64,000 nt of DNA from Rebecca billardiae RCC1528. Lineage: Eukaryota > Protista > Haptophyta. Below are positions 37,251 through 46,871 of the stretch, one piece after another. Below the pieces are notes generated by a model, which saw nothing but the letters and a program-made list of their open reading frames with translations, made no database searches and was not told the origin of the DNA. Numbering within the stretch: position 1 is the stretch's first letter; each line of letters opens with the position of its first letter. Both the position numbers and the translations under genes were made by a program. Location: the NCBI GenBank assembly GCA_965240325.2, contig OZ251226.1, positions 3,038,001-3,102,000 on the forward strand, in the 5' to 3' direction.

Positions 37251-38220
37251 ACTCACCAACACGCGCTGGATGAACATTGCAAGTTTGTCGCATACTATGT
37301 GTATCGCGTGTCTCCTCCCGCGACTGTTGCTGCGCAACGTGATGTGCAAGACCAGTCGCGCACGCGCTCCATCCCGTCCACGCACAGCTGATGAATGGAC
37401 GTGGCCGAGCGCAAGCACGCACGCGCAAGTTGTAGGCTGTGAACGTCGTGTGCGGCCAGACTGCGACGTGCACAGCACGTATCCACCTTGCATTGCTACC
37501 TCTCTTCACACCGGGCCTGGGACTCTTCCAGGCTGAGACGGCCTGCTCTGCTGCCCTCTGTAACTCAGATGCCGCGTAAACCTGCCGCGCGGCAGCGCGA
37601 TGTCGCGATTGGAGCTCAAGGGTGGTTGACTTTCGGTACATGCTACTCAAGCAGGAAGAGGCCGATCGAGGCGCGGAGTGGCGCGCTGCAGCCTGCACCC
37701 GCAAGAGAGGGCATCGTGCAGCGCGCGAGAGCGCGCGCCGCTTCCAGGCGCACGGCGACGGCGCCATGTACCGCCGAAAGACGGGTGGACAGGTCGCGTC
37801 CACTGGGAATGTACCGTAACATCGTCCTACAGTAACATCTGTCAGTCGCGGGCGGTCATTTTCCTGCGTGCAGCGCATAAGGCTGCAGCAACCCCGGTGT
37901 CCCGTGGCACTGGCGGCGGCGCGACGCGAGCCGACATCACGGCTGCGCCTGGGCCCTGGCGCCCTGGCATAATAACTTGAAATATCAGGGGCCGTCGCTC
38001 GCAGCGATTTGACTATCGCGGTGCGAGTCGGCGAGCTGCATTATTATACTTCATACTTGACGACCTTAGTACGGTTAGTACCCGGATTACTCATTACACG
38101 GGGCGCGCCCGAGCAGTACGGCGGGATCCGTGACGGGCGTAGTGACGCGGTGCCAAGGCTCTGCGTGCGACTGCTGGGCGAGCTCGCCACGGAGCCACGG
38201 GCGCGCGATTGCTGGGCCAA

Positions 38221-39639
38221 TCACGCGAGCTGCGGTAGCCGGATGCCCGCCTTCCCGCCGCCCGGCCTGGGCATCCGCGGCATGTTCCACCGGGGGCCCA
38301 TGGGTGAGGCGTTCATACTCCTCGATTGCGGCACCTGCGTCGTCCCCGGCTCCGGCGGAGGCACGGAGCCACGGCGGCGCATTCGGACTCCTGGGATTGA
38401 GGGTCGGCGGCCGTTGGTGCCAGCGAAAGGCATTTGCACGGAAAGCATGGCAGCGGTGATGGAGCCGCGCCTCCCAGTGTTTGGGTCACCATTTGGCTCG
38501 GCGGGCTCGGTTGGGGGTGACTTGCGCGACAAGCCTATCGGCGCGTCCAGCGGGTTGAGCGTGGGCGGGGTGCGCTGACGGGACGGTGGGTCCTCCACGG
38601 CGCGGCCGGCCGTCGGCGAGGCCTTCGGCGAGGCACCAAGAAAGCTTCGTCGGGGCGCGGTCCCGGACGCAGCCCGCCGACCCTCTGCTGAGCGCGTCGG
38701 CTCGGCGGGCTCGGTCGGGGGTGACTTGCGCGACAAGCCTATCGGTGCGTCCAGCGGGTTGAGCTTGGGCGGGGTGCGCTGACGGGACGGCGGGTCCTCC
38801 ACGGCGCGGCCGGCCGTCGGCGAGGCCTTCGGCGAGGCACCGAAAAAGGTTCGTCGGGGCGCGGTCCCGGATGCAGCCTGCCGACCCTCTGCTGAGCGCG
38901 GGTCGATTTGGCTGGCCTTCCCCGAGACGGGGGGCGAGGTGCCGAGTGGGACCTGAGGGTTGGGCTCACTCAAGCGGCGCTTGTAGAGCCCGCCGTCCGC
39001 CGGCGTGCTGCCCTCCGAATCTGTGGCGCGGCGGGACTTGCTCTTCGAGCCGGCCGCCGCAGCCTGCTGCGCAGCGCGCTTTTTGCGGCGCTCCTCTTCG
39101 GCAGTGGCCATACGCTCGTCGTCTGTTGACTTGAGCTGCTCGACCTCGCGCCTGCTGAGCCGCGCCAGGTTGGCGCAATCGAAGTGGTCCGCCTGGATAG
39201 CCACGTCGATGGGTCTCCTGCGTGTCACGTCGCGCAGCTTGAGGTCCGCGCCGCGCGCAACGAGCAGCTCGAAGATACGGCCATCTCCGCGGAAGGCCGC
39301 CCACCAGGCGGGCGTGCGCCCGTTGTCGTCCGGGGCGTCGATCAAGCTCATGTGCGCCTTGCCACGGGTGAGCAACTCCACGGTCGAGTAGTGGCCCGAC
39401 CGCACGGCCAGGGCCAGCGGTGTGGCGCCATCCTTGTCCTCCATCATCATCTCCGCCTTGTACTTCCGGAGGAGCATGATCACGTCGTCCTTGCCCGCGC
39501 GCGCCGCGGCGTGCATTGGCGTGGTCTTACTCTTCGGATCCTCAGCGTTTGGGTCCGCGCCCATGCTGATGAGCTCCTTCACGTCCTCCAGGTCGCCCTT
39601 GGCGCAGGCGAGCCGTAGCTCTGCGTCGAGGTTCGGCAT
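38221..39639 (-). CDS. Ankyrin-repeat protein with a disordered C-terminus containing a 68-aa duplication
   Basis: LRLACAKGDLEDVKELISMGADPN, TTPMHAAARAG, GATPLALAVRSGH, GRTPAWWAAFRG. ATG at 39639. Confidence 0.9.
   Translation of the reverse strand: MPNLDAELRLACAKGDLEDVKELISMGADPNAEDPKSKTTPMHAAARAGKDDVIMLLRKYKAEMMMEDKDGATPLALAVRSGHYSTVELLTRGKAHMSLIDAPDDNGRTPAWWAAFRGDGRIFELLVARGADLKLRDVTRRRPIDVAIQADHFDCANLARLSRREVEQLKSTDDERMATAEEERRKKRAAQQAAAAGSKSKSRRATDSEGSTPADGGLYKRRLSEPNPQVPLGTSPPVSGKASQIDPRSAEGRQAASGTAPRRTFFGASPKASPTAGRAVEDPPSRQRTPPKLNPLDAPIGLSRKSPPTEPAEPTRSAEGRRAASGTAPRRSFLGASPKASPTAGRAVEDPPSRQRTPPTLNPLDAPIGLSRKSPPTEPAEPNGDPNTGRRGSITAAMLSVQMPFAGTNGRRPSIPGVRMRRRGSVPPPEPGTTQVPQSRSMNASPMGPRWNMPRMPRPGGGKAGIRLPQLA
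38495..38900. repeat. 204-bp tandem duplication (2 copies), in frame within the ankyrin gene
   Basis: Near-identical units start at 38495 and 38699. Confidence 0.95.
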
Positions 39640-40201
39640 CGTGGGGCGGGGCGGGGCGGCTGCCGTCCAAGCTGGACTGTACCGGTACGCCTTAACCAAG
39701 TGTGCACGTTAAATCATAGTAAACTGTACCAGAGTGATGTGGCACCGTTCTGACGGGCACAACGTCTAATCAGCTTCAGTTGATGAGGTTCGCCACTGCT
39801 CACTTCGCCACCGTTGTTGATTACTGAGAGGGAGTTCAGAGTTCTTGAGCGAGGCTGCTGCTGACCAATGTGCCGCCGATGCAGATCCAGACGGTCATGC
39901 CAGTCATGCCATCATTCATCACGGGTCCGCGAAGCAGTGTCGATCATCGCAGCCCCGCCGTAAGCTTCACAGTCATGCGGCGGGTCGTTGCGTCTGACCC
40001 TGTCTGCCTGTCTCACTGGCAGTCTGGCAGGGCGTTTGACCGTAAGTCGGGCTAAAGCCGCCGCGCCCGCGCAGTCGGCCAGTACTCGGACGGCACCGAA
40101 TAGTGGCTCCGTGCCTGGCATACTCTCCGAGCTGCACTGTGCAAGCCAGGTGCTCGGAGCGCGCCGTGCGCCTCGGGTGCGCAGAGCATCCAGGGAGGCG
40201 C

Positions 40202-40842
40202 TTACTTCTGCATCTGCGTGTGCAGCCACCGCGTCTTCTCCGAGACGATACCCTGGTTTGTAAAGCCAACTGGCATGCCCTGCGTCGTCTCAGCAGTGAA
40301 CGTGTTCATGTTCATTGTGCGGAAGCGTGTCTTCTCATTCGCCCCGGGGTCGTTGTGCTGCCACTGCGACACGTTCCGCTCCTGGCAGAAGCGCGCGTAC
40401 GGGATCGCCTCGCCGTCGAACCTGGCTGGGAGGCGGTTCCGCTCCGCGAGCGGGTAGTACGGCACAAGCGGCTTCTTTGCCTTAGACTGCGGCCACCTGT
40501 AGGTGTCCTGGTTCTGCCTGCTCGCGCGAGCGGAATGGGGAGGGGAGGTGCGAGTGGGTGAATATGCTCGTGTGGACGAGAGCAATACACTCCTTTCGCA
40601 GAGCCTGTGTATCAGTGTACCTGATGTTTGGTATCGCTCGGGTGTGCACACGCGTGAGAGCAGACGCGCGCGCGCGCGTACGATCGGCCAGAGAGACTCT
40701 TGGGGGCGTCCTTGAGAGGATCGGGCGCCTTGAATGCGATGGCGATCACATCACCGTTCTTGCGGATGATCCCGCGCGAAGAGCCGATGCGCGACTGCCC
40801 GAGGGAGTTTGAGCGCGTCTTGCTCGCCGCCGTGGCCTCCAT
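40202..40842 (-). CDS. Small basic hypothetical protein, possibly an axonemal microtubule-inner protein; exons ~40842-40682 and 40517-40202
   Basis: The GTACGC..GCAG intron joins MEATAASK..GDVIAIAFKAP to QNQDTYRWP..KKPLVPYYPLAERNRLP..FRTMNMNTF in frame. NQDTY/TMNMNTF resemble short MIP-type motifs (inference). Confidence 0.55.
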
Positions 40843-41155
40843 GGGGATGAAACAGACCGCTGCCGCCGCTTCGCTGGCGCGCGCGTGCTAGAAACAGATG
40901 AAATCCTCCGCCAATAATTCGCGGGAAAGAAAATGTAGTGGAGGAATTCCAGCGCGCTTATTTGCAGAGTTTTCCGGTGATTCGAAGATGCGGCTGGCAT
41001 ACCGTCGTCGGCGTCACTCGGCGCGGACCATCGTGGCTGAATGGCTGCAGCCGCAGGCAAATCGGCGATCGACCACGACGCACCGCGAAGACTATCACTA
41101 GGCTCTAAATAGCGTGCTCGAGCTCTGACGAGCACTACACTGTGACCCCGCGGGC

Positions 41156-41959
41156 TCAAGCAGTTGCGTTTTCAGCGGCGGTACCTGCGTCGAGCGGGGC
41201 GGCGGGTGGTCCGCCTGTCCCGGCAGCGGCGGGATCCATTTGGGCTGTGAGCGGCGTCGCGCGGCCGGGGCCTCGCGTGCGTCGCGCGGCAAGCACCGCC
41301 GAGTAGTCATACACGTCGGGGAAGTTCAACTCGGCGGGCCCGCGCTGCATCGCACGCGCCGCCTCGTCGAAGGCAAGCGCCGCCAGCACCGGCGTGTCAA
41401 AGCGCCCAAGGTGCTTGGTCTTGCCCTCGATCCGGATGGACGCGCAGTAGCACTCCTTGCCAGCCTCGGCGGCGTCGTGCGCGCTCGTCGCGCGAGACTT
41501 GATCTGCTTGCGGTACACGCCCTTGTACCGAGGCGCGGACGCCACGTCTCGTGGAAAATTGAGGCTCGCCTCGGGGCGCCCAAGGCGACGTGACTCGTCG
41601 TCAAAAGCGTGCGCAGCCTCGACCTCCGTGGCGTACGACTGCGGTAGGTACTTCCGGCGTCCCTCGACGAAAACAGCGACCCTGAATGGGCGCTCAGCCC
41701 AGGCGCTGCCCCACCGGTGCACGCCCCGGTACTGGCTTGGCGCATACCGGCTGTGGGTGGCGCTTGCCGCTGGCACCGTGGGCTCACCAGCGAGACGCGG
41801 CCGCTTCTGCTCCGGCCCCGCGTCGGCGGTAGGCGCGTCGGCGGTGGCAGACACGTCAGGGAGCACGATCAGCTCGCACTGCGCCCAGTCGACGCCCACC
41901 TCCGCCTCGTCGTCCGACGCGACGATGATGGCGTCCACGACTGGGAGGGCGGCCGCCAT
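41156..41959 (-). CDS. AP2/ERF-domain transcription factor with two AP2 domains
   Basis: SQYRGVH..ATEVEAAHAFD..LNFP and PRYKGVY..HLGRFDTPVLAALAFDEAAR..LNFP, plus an NLS-like QKRPRL. Confidence 0.88.
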   Translation of the reverse strand: MAAALPVVDAIIVASDDEAEVGVDWAQCELIVLPDVSATADAPTADAGPEQKRPRLAGEPTVPAASATHSRYAPSQYRGVHRWGSAWAERPFRVAVFVEGRRKYLPQSYATEVEAAHAFDDESRRLGRPEASLNFPRDVASAPRYKGVYRKQIKSRATSAHDAAEAGKECYCASIRIEGKTKHLGRFDTPVLAALAFDEAARAMQRGPAELNFPDVYDYSAVLAARRTRGPGRATPLTAQMDPAAAGTGGPPAAPLDAGTAAENATA

Positions 41960-42421
41960 CGCTACCAGAGCCCGAGCCAACGGGCACGCGCGGCAAACTA
42001 CTGGCAAAGCGCGCAAACTGCCGAATAGCCCTGCCCCCGGCCTGCACACCTGTGCAGGCAAGGGTCCTCGCTCAGGGAGGGAAGGCAGGCGGACCTTACA
42101 GGACCTTTAGTCGCTTTCCCAGTTGGCTCTCAGTCAGGTGCAAGTGCACGTCGTTTCCCAGGTCGAGAAGAGTGACAGACTTCAGGGGCACTCGGCTGAC
42201 GATCTGGATGCGCGTCTGTGCGTATCAGGCCGTCCGCATTAGCTCTCAGCTCGCGGGCTGCGTGTCGGAAGTGTCTTCATCGGTTCATCCAGCCGACATT
42301 TTCGCCGCCTGCCCCCCCCCCCGCGCACTGGGTAGCGCGCATACGAGCGGCCTTCCAACAGCCTACCTAGCCACTTTAGAGCCACCGACGACGACGACAC
42401 AATCATGGCGGAGCACGACTG

Positions 42422-42481
42422 TCGAGCCAAAGGACCATCAAAGGTATTTGATGGTCGATTGGTCGGTGGTCCTTTGGTCGA
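42422..42481. promoter_or_regulatory. Nested, mutually exclusive inverted repeats between the divergent AP2 and multicopper oxidase genes
   Basis: GACCATCAAA (42433-42442) pairs with TTTGATGGTC (42447-42456). CCAAAGGACCA (42427-42437) pairs with TGGTCCTTTGG (42467-42477). Function unknown. Confidence 0.4.
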
Positions 42482-42917
42482 GCAGTGTCGACCACTGTCC
42501 GTTTCGGCCCACAAAGGCCGGACAGGTCGCGATTCGTTTGTGAGAGCCTTCTCCGGGCCTTCTTTGACGAAGACTACCGGGGCCCGTTACGTTGCGGGTA
42601 CGGGTGCCACCCGGCCGAGTCGGGCCGACGAAAGGGAATGTACTCTCAAGTTTCCCTTTGCCTCGTACATGGGTAGATGCTCTCCGTAAATCATTGCTTG
42701 ACGAACAACCGAGCTTTTGGACCAACGATATTTGACGACGGCCGCCCGACGCCCGTCGTCGTCGGCGCAGAGAAGCGAAAGCGGAACGGGCTCGCCCGCT
42801 GCAAGAGGAGCTCGCTCTGCGCCCGAGCCTCGCGGACTTCAGGCGGCGGCGGAGTGGTTGTTGCCGGGTCGTTTGGCGGGCAGAAGGAGCACTTGCGCGT
42901 GTTTGTCGAAGTGCACC

Positions 42918-45900
42918 ATGCGCACCCTGGCATCGGCGACGCTGCTCTCCCTCGTGGCGTGCGCATGCGCGGTGGACTACACGATTTCAGACGCGCCCCT
43001 CGCGACGCCGGAGACCTTCACCTCATCCGGTGGCGAGCTTGATGTGACCATGACGCTCGACTCATTTTTGTACACGGCACCCTCGGGCACGTCGTTCTAC
43101 ACGCGCGGGTTCAATGGAGGTACGCCATTTGCGCGCCGCGCTCATGCCCTGCTCTGCCGCTCCCGCTCACACGCGCGCGGACGCGCTCGGCCGGTGGACG
43201 TGCGCAGGCTTTCCCGGCCCACTCTTCCGCGTCAAGGCGGGGGACACGTTCAAGCTTCGGCTCGAGAACAACCTCGGCGACGAGGCCACCGACACTTCGT
43301 CGGTGCACAACGCGTTCCGCCAGCCCAACCACACCAACGTGCACACGCACGGGCTGCACGTCTCCTCCGAGGCGCCGGCCGACGACATCTTCACGCTGGT
43401 CGCGCCCGGCGGGGCGTCGCAGTACGAGTACCACATCCCGGACTTTCACATGGCCGGCACGCACTGGTGCGTGCGCGCTCACTCACCCGCCCAAGGGGCG
43501 CCCTCGCGCGCCGCGCTCCCAGCCTGCCTCGCCGCGCGCTCACGGCCGGCGCGCTCCCGCGCACACCGCTGCGCCGCGCGCGCAGGTTCCACCCGCACCA
43601 CCACGGCTCGACGGCCCTCCAGGCGGGTGGCGGCGCCGTAGGCATGCTCATCGTCGAGGACGCCGCGGGCGAGGTCCCGCCCGAGGTCTCGTCCATGCCG
43701 GAGGTGGTGCTGATCCTCGCGCACGTGGACACCAACTCCATCGCCACGATCGAGTCAGAGTCTGGCGGTGGGCGCACGGCGCGCACGCCGCGCGGCTGAG
43801 CGCGCGTGCACGCCCCGCGCCGCCGCCCGCCTGGCCCGCCCGCTCAGCCTTTGTCCCTCGCCCTTGCCCCCGCCGCCCCCGCCGCAGGCGACCTGCACAT
43901 GATCGACGGCGCCGCGCTCAACGCGGTGCTGGTCAACGGCCAGCTCGAGCCGCGCATCGCGCTGAACGCGAACGAGTGGACGCGGCTGCGCATGGTGTAC
44001 GCGGCGATCGACTCGCAGCTCGAGGTCACGATGGGCGGCGGCTGCGAGATGGAGCTCCTCGCTAAGGACGGCGTGTACCTGCACACGGCGCCGCGCACGG
44101 TGAGCGCGCTGCACCTGTACCCGGGCGCGCGCGCGGACGTGGCCCTGCGCTGCCCGACTGCGGGCGACTTCACGATGATCTCGGGCACGGGGCGGCGGCG
44201 GCTGCTCGACGCGGAGGACGACTCGACGCCGCCCAAGCCGGCACGCGAGCCCACGGGCGAGGGCGCGTGCCGCGCGCACCGCGAGTGCGCGCGCGGCTCC
44301 GTGTGCGACAACGGCGAGTGCGTGCGCTCCGCGCGCCGCGAGCGGAACGCGCGCCGCCGGCTTCAAGGGGGAAAGGGCGGCGGCGGCGGCGGCGGCGGCA
44401 CCGATGAGCTCAACCTCGTGCTCGCGACGCTCGAGGTGACCGGCACGGGCACCTCCTCCGGCGCCTTCCCCTCCTTCTCCGTCCACCGCCCGTGCTACCT
44501 CGTCGACCTGCAGACCACGACCGACGTGGCCGACACGTTCACGGTCGATCTCGGCCCGCCGCCCAACATCAACGGCGACGAGTTCCCCGCCAACTTTGAG
44601 GCGTCGCCCACGTACCTGCACTCGGTGGCGGTGGGCGGCGTGAACGAGTGGAGCCTGATCGGCGTCGACGGCCACCCCTTCCACCTGCACATCAACCCGT
44701 ACCAGCTGCACGACCTCACCGAGACGGAGTACTTTGCCAAGGGCGACTGGCACGACACGCTGCTCGCGACCGACGACAGCATCACGGTGCGCTTCCAGAC
44801 GGACACGTTCGTGGGCAAGCAGGTGCTGCACTGCCACATCCTCGAGCACGAGGACGAGGGGATGATGGCGGTCACCGAGATCACCGGCACCGAGGGCGGC
44901 ATCTGGTCGGGCGCAGAGGCCATCGACCCGACCTGCTACCGCGACAGCACGCGCGGCTACACATGCGAGTCGTGCGCGGCGACTACCGCCTCGCCACCCA
45001 GCCCGCCGCCAAGCCCGCCGCCCAGCGCGTCGCCCAGCCCGCCGCCCAGCCCGCCGCCAAGCCCGCTGCCTAGCTCGCCGCCCAGCCCGCCGCCCAGCTC
45101 GCCGCCAAGCCCGCCGCCCAGCTCGCCGCCAAGCCCGCCGCCCAGCTCGCCGCCAAGCCCGCCGCCCAGCGCGTCGCCCAGCCCGCCGCCCAGCCCGCCG
45201 CCACCGAGCCCTCTGCCGAGCTCGCCACCGCCAAGCCCATCGCCGCCCAGCCCGCCGCCCAGCCCGCCGCCGCCGCCGCCGCTGCCGGCAGATGCCCCGC
45301 GCCGCCCGCCCAGTCCGCCGCCCAGCCCACCACCGCCGTCTTCCCCGCCGAGCACGCCGCCGAGCCCGCCGCCCAACCCGCCGCCCAGCCCTCCGCCGCC
45401 CAGCCCGCCGCCTCCCTTTCCGCCCCCGAGCCCGCCGCCCAACCCGCCACCGCCGAATCCGAGCCCGCCGCCCAGCCCGCCGCCCCCCAGCCCGCCGCCC
45501 CCCCTTCCACCCCCGAGCCCACCGCCCCCGAGCCCACCTCCGCCCAGCCCACCCCCGAGCCCACCTCCGCCCAGCCCGCCGTCCCCTGGGAACGCGCCTC
45601 CCAGCCCGCCGCCGAGCCCGCCGCCGCCGCCTCCATCGCCACCATCGCCGCCGCCGCCGAGCCCGCCGCCGAGCCCGCCTCCGCCGAGCCCGCCCGCGCC
45701 GCCACCCAGCCCACCTGGCCGCGCTCTCGAGGCCGAGTTCCAGCTCGAGACGACCATGTCCGCCTTTGACGAGACCGCGCGGATGTGGTTCCTCTCCAAC
45801 CTGACCGACTTCCTCGGGCTGTCCTCGGGCTCGTGCGAGATCACGGGCTGGTCGAGCGGCAGCGTCGTCGTGGACGTGCGCATCTGGGAGGCGGAGGCGG

Positions 45901-46035
45901 CAGGCGTGGACGTCGAGAGCGTGCTTAGCACCACGTCCACGGCCTCGCTCACGGACGCGCTCGGCGTCGCGGTCGCCGCAGCGCCCACCGTCACGGTGAC
46001 GGACGACACGTCGAGCGGCGACTCCTCGAGCAGCA

Positions 46036-46070
<35 letters not shown>

Positions 46071-46238
46071 AATGTCAAGCCGGCAGCAGCAAGCGGTGGT
46101 GCGACCGGGCCCGCCAGAGGGCTCGTGATCGGTCTCGCCGTCGGCTTTGGCGCGTGTTGCTTGCTTTGCATGTGTATTGGGGGCTTCTGGTGGCAGCGCC
46201 GATCCAAGAGTCTCGCGTCGGCCACCATCACCGCGTGA
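42918..46238 (+). CDS. Secreted, membrane-anchored three-domain multicopper oxidase with an extensin-like Ser-Pro stalk; exons 42918-43119, 43208-43466, 43586-43767, 43888-46238
   Basis: Signal peptide MRTLASATLLSLVACACA. Cu motifs TNVHTHGLH, WFHPH, HPFHLH and HCHILEHEDEGMM. (SPPP)n tract, small globular domain, poly-Asp, C-terminal TM (LVIGLAVGFGACCLLCMCIGGFWW) and a short tail. Confidence 0.92.
44990..45720 (+). repeat. Coding low-complexity repeat (CCCAGCCCGCCG-type) encoding Ser-Pro(n)
   Basis: About 240 codons of SPPP-type units. Confidence 0.95.
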
Positions 46239-46674
46239 GTCCGTATCACTCGGAGCCTAGCGGTGGCCGAGCAGGTCAGGGACAGGAGAGGCTGCGAGCC
46301 GCCTGCGCGCGCGCGCGCCCTTGCGCGCCAATCGACCAGCAGCCTTGATTGGCTTGAATATTGATGCGCGGCCAGTTATAATATCGGAGTCGCGGCCTCA
46401 GCCGGCTGCGTACAGGGAGGGAGACTGGTAACGGGGCGGGTCTGACGGCGCCGGCGCCGGCGGCAGACGGCGGGGAGTGAGTCACTGACACTGTGTCTGT
46501 GACTGTGTCAGTGTGTGCTGCCAGCCGAGCGGGCCCGAGCCCGAGCCCGAGGCCGAGGCCGAGGGCGATTCCGGCGAGGGCGGACCGCGTGGCACCGCGG
46601 CGTGGCCCGCGCGGCCGCGGCCCAGCACTAGCAGCCAGCTGACACAGTGCATATGAGACGGTGACATCACCTTA

Positions 46675-46730
46675 GTAATAATTATATATATATTATTATA
46701 ATATTTAAATTATAAATTTATTATAATAGC
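46675..46730. terminator. AT island between the convergent MCO and CTL genes, probable polyadenylation region
   Basis: ~55 bp of nearly pure AT. Minus-strand AATAAA at 46717-46722, 150 bp past the CTL stop. Confidence 0.5.
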
Positions 46731-46871
46731 TATCATCATCGGCGCGTGTAATCGTTCACCGGCGTTCACCGGCGCGAATCAGTCATATCAGTACGCGCGC
46801 GGCAGTGCAGGAACTGAGCAGACGGCTTCCATACTTAATATTCAGACACTGTCATCGTCACTGAGAGCTGC

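Noticed and set aside
44957-46249. Gly-rich 430-aa minus-strand ORF
   Set aside because: Reverse complement of the Ser-Pro stalk of the oxidase.
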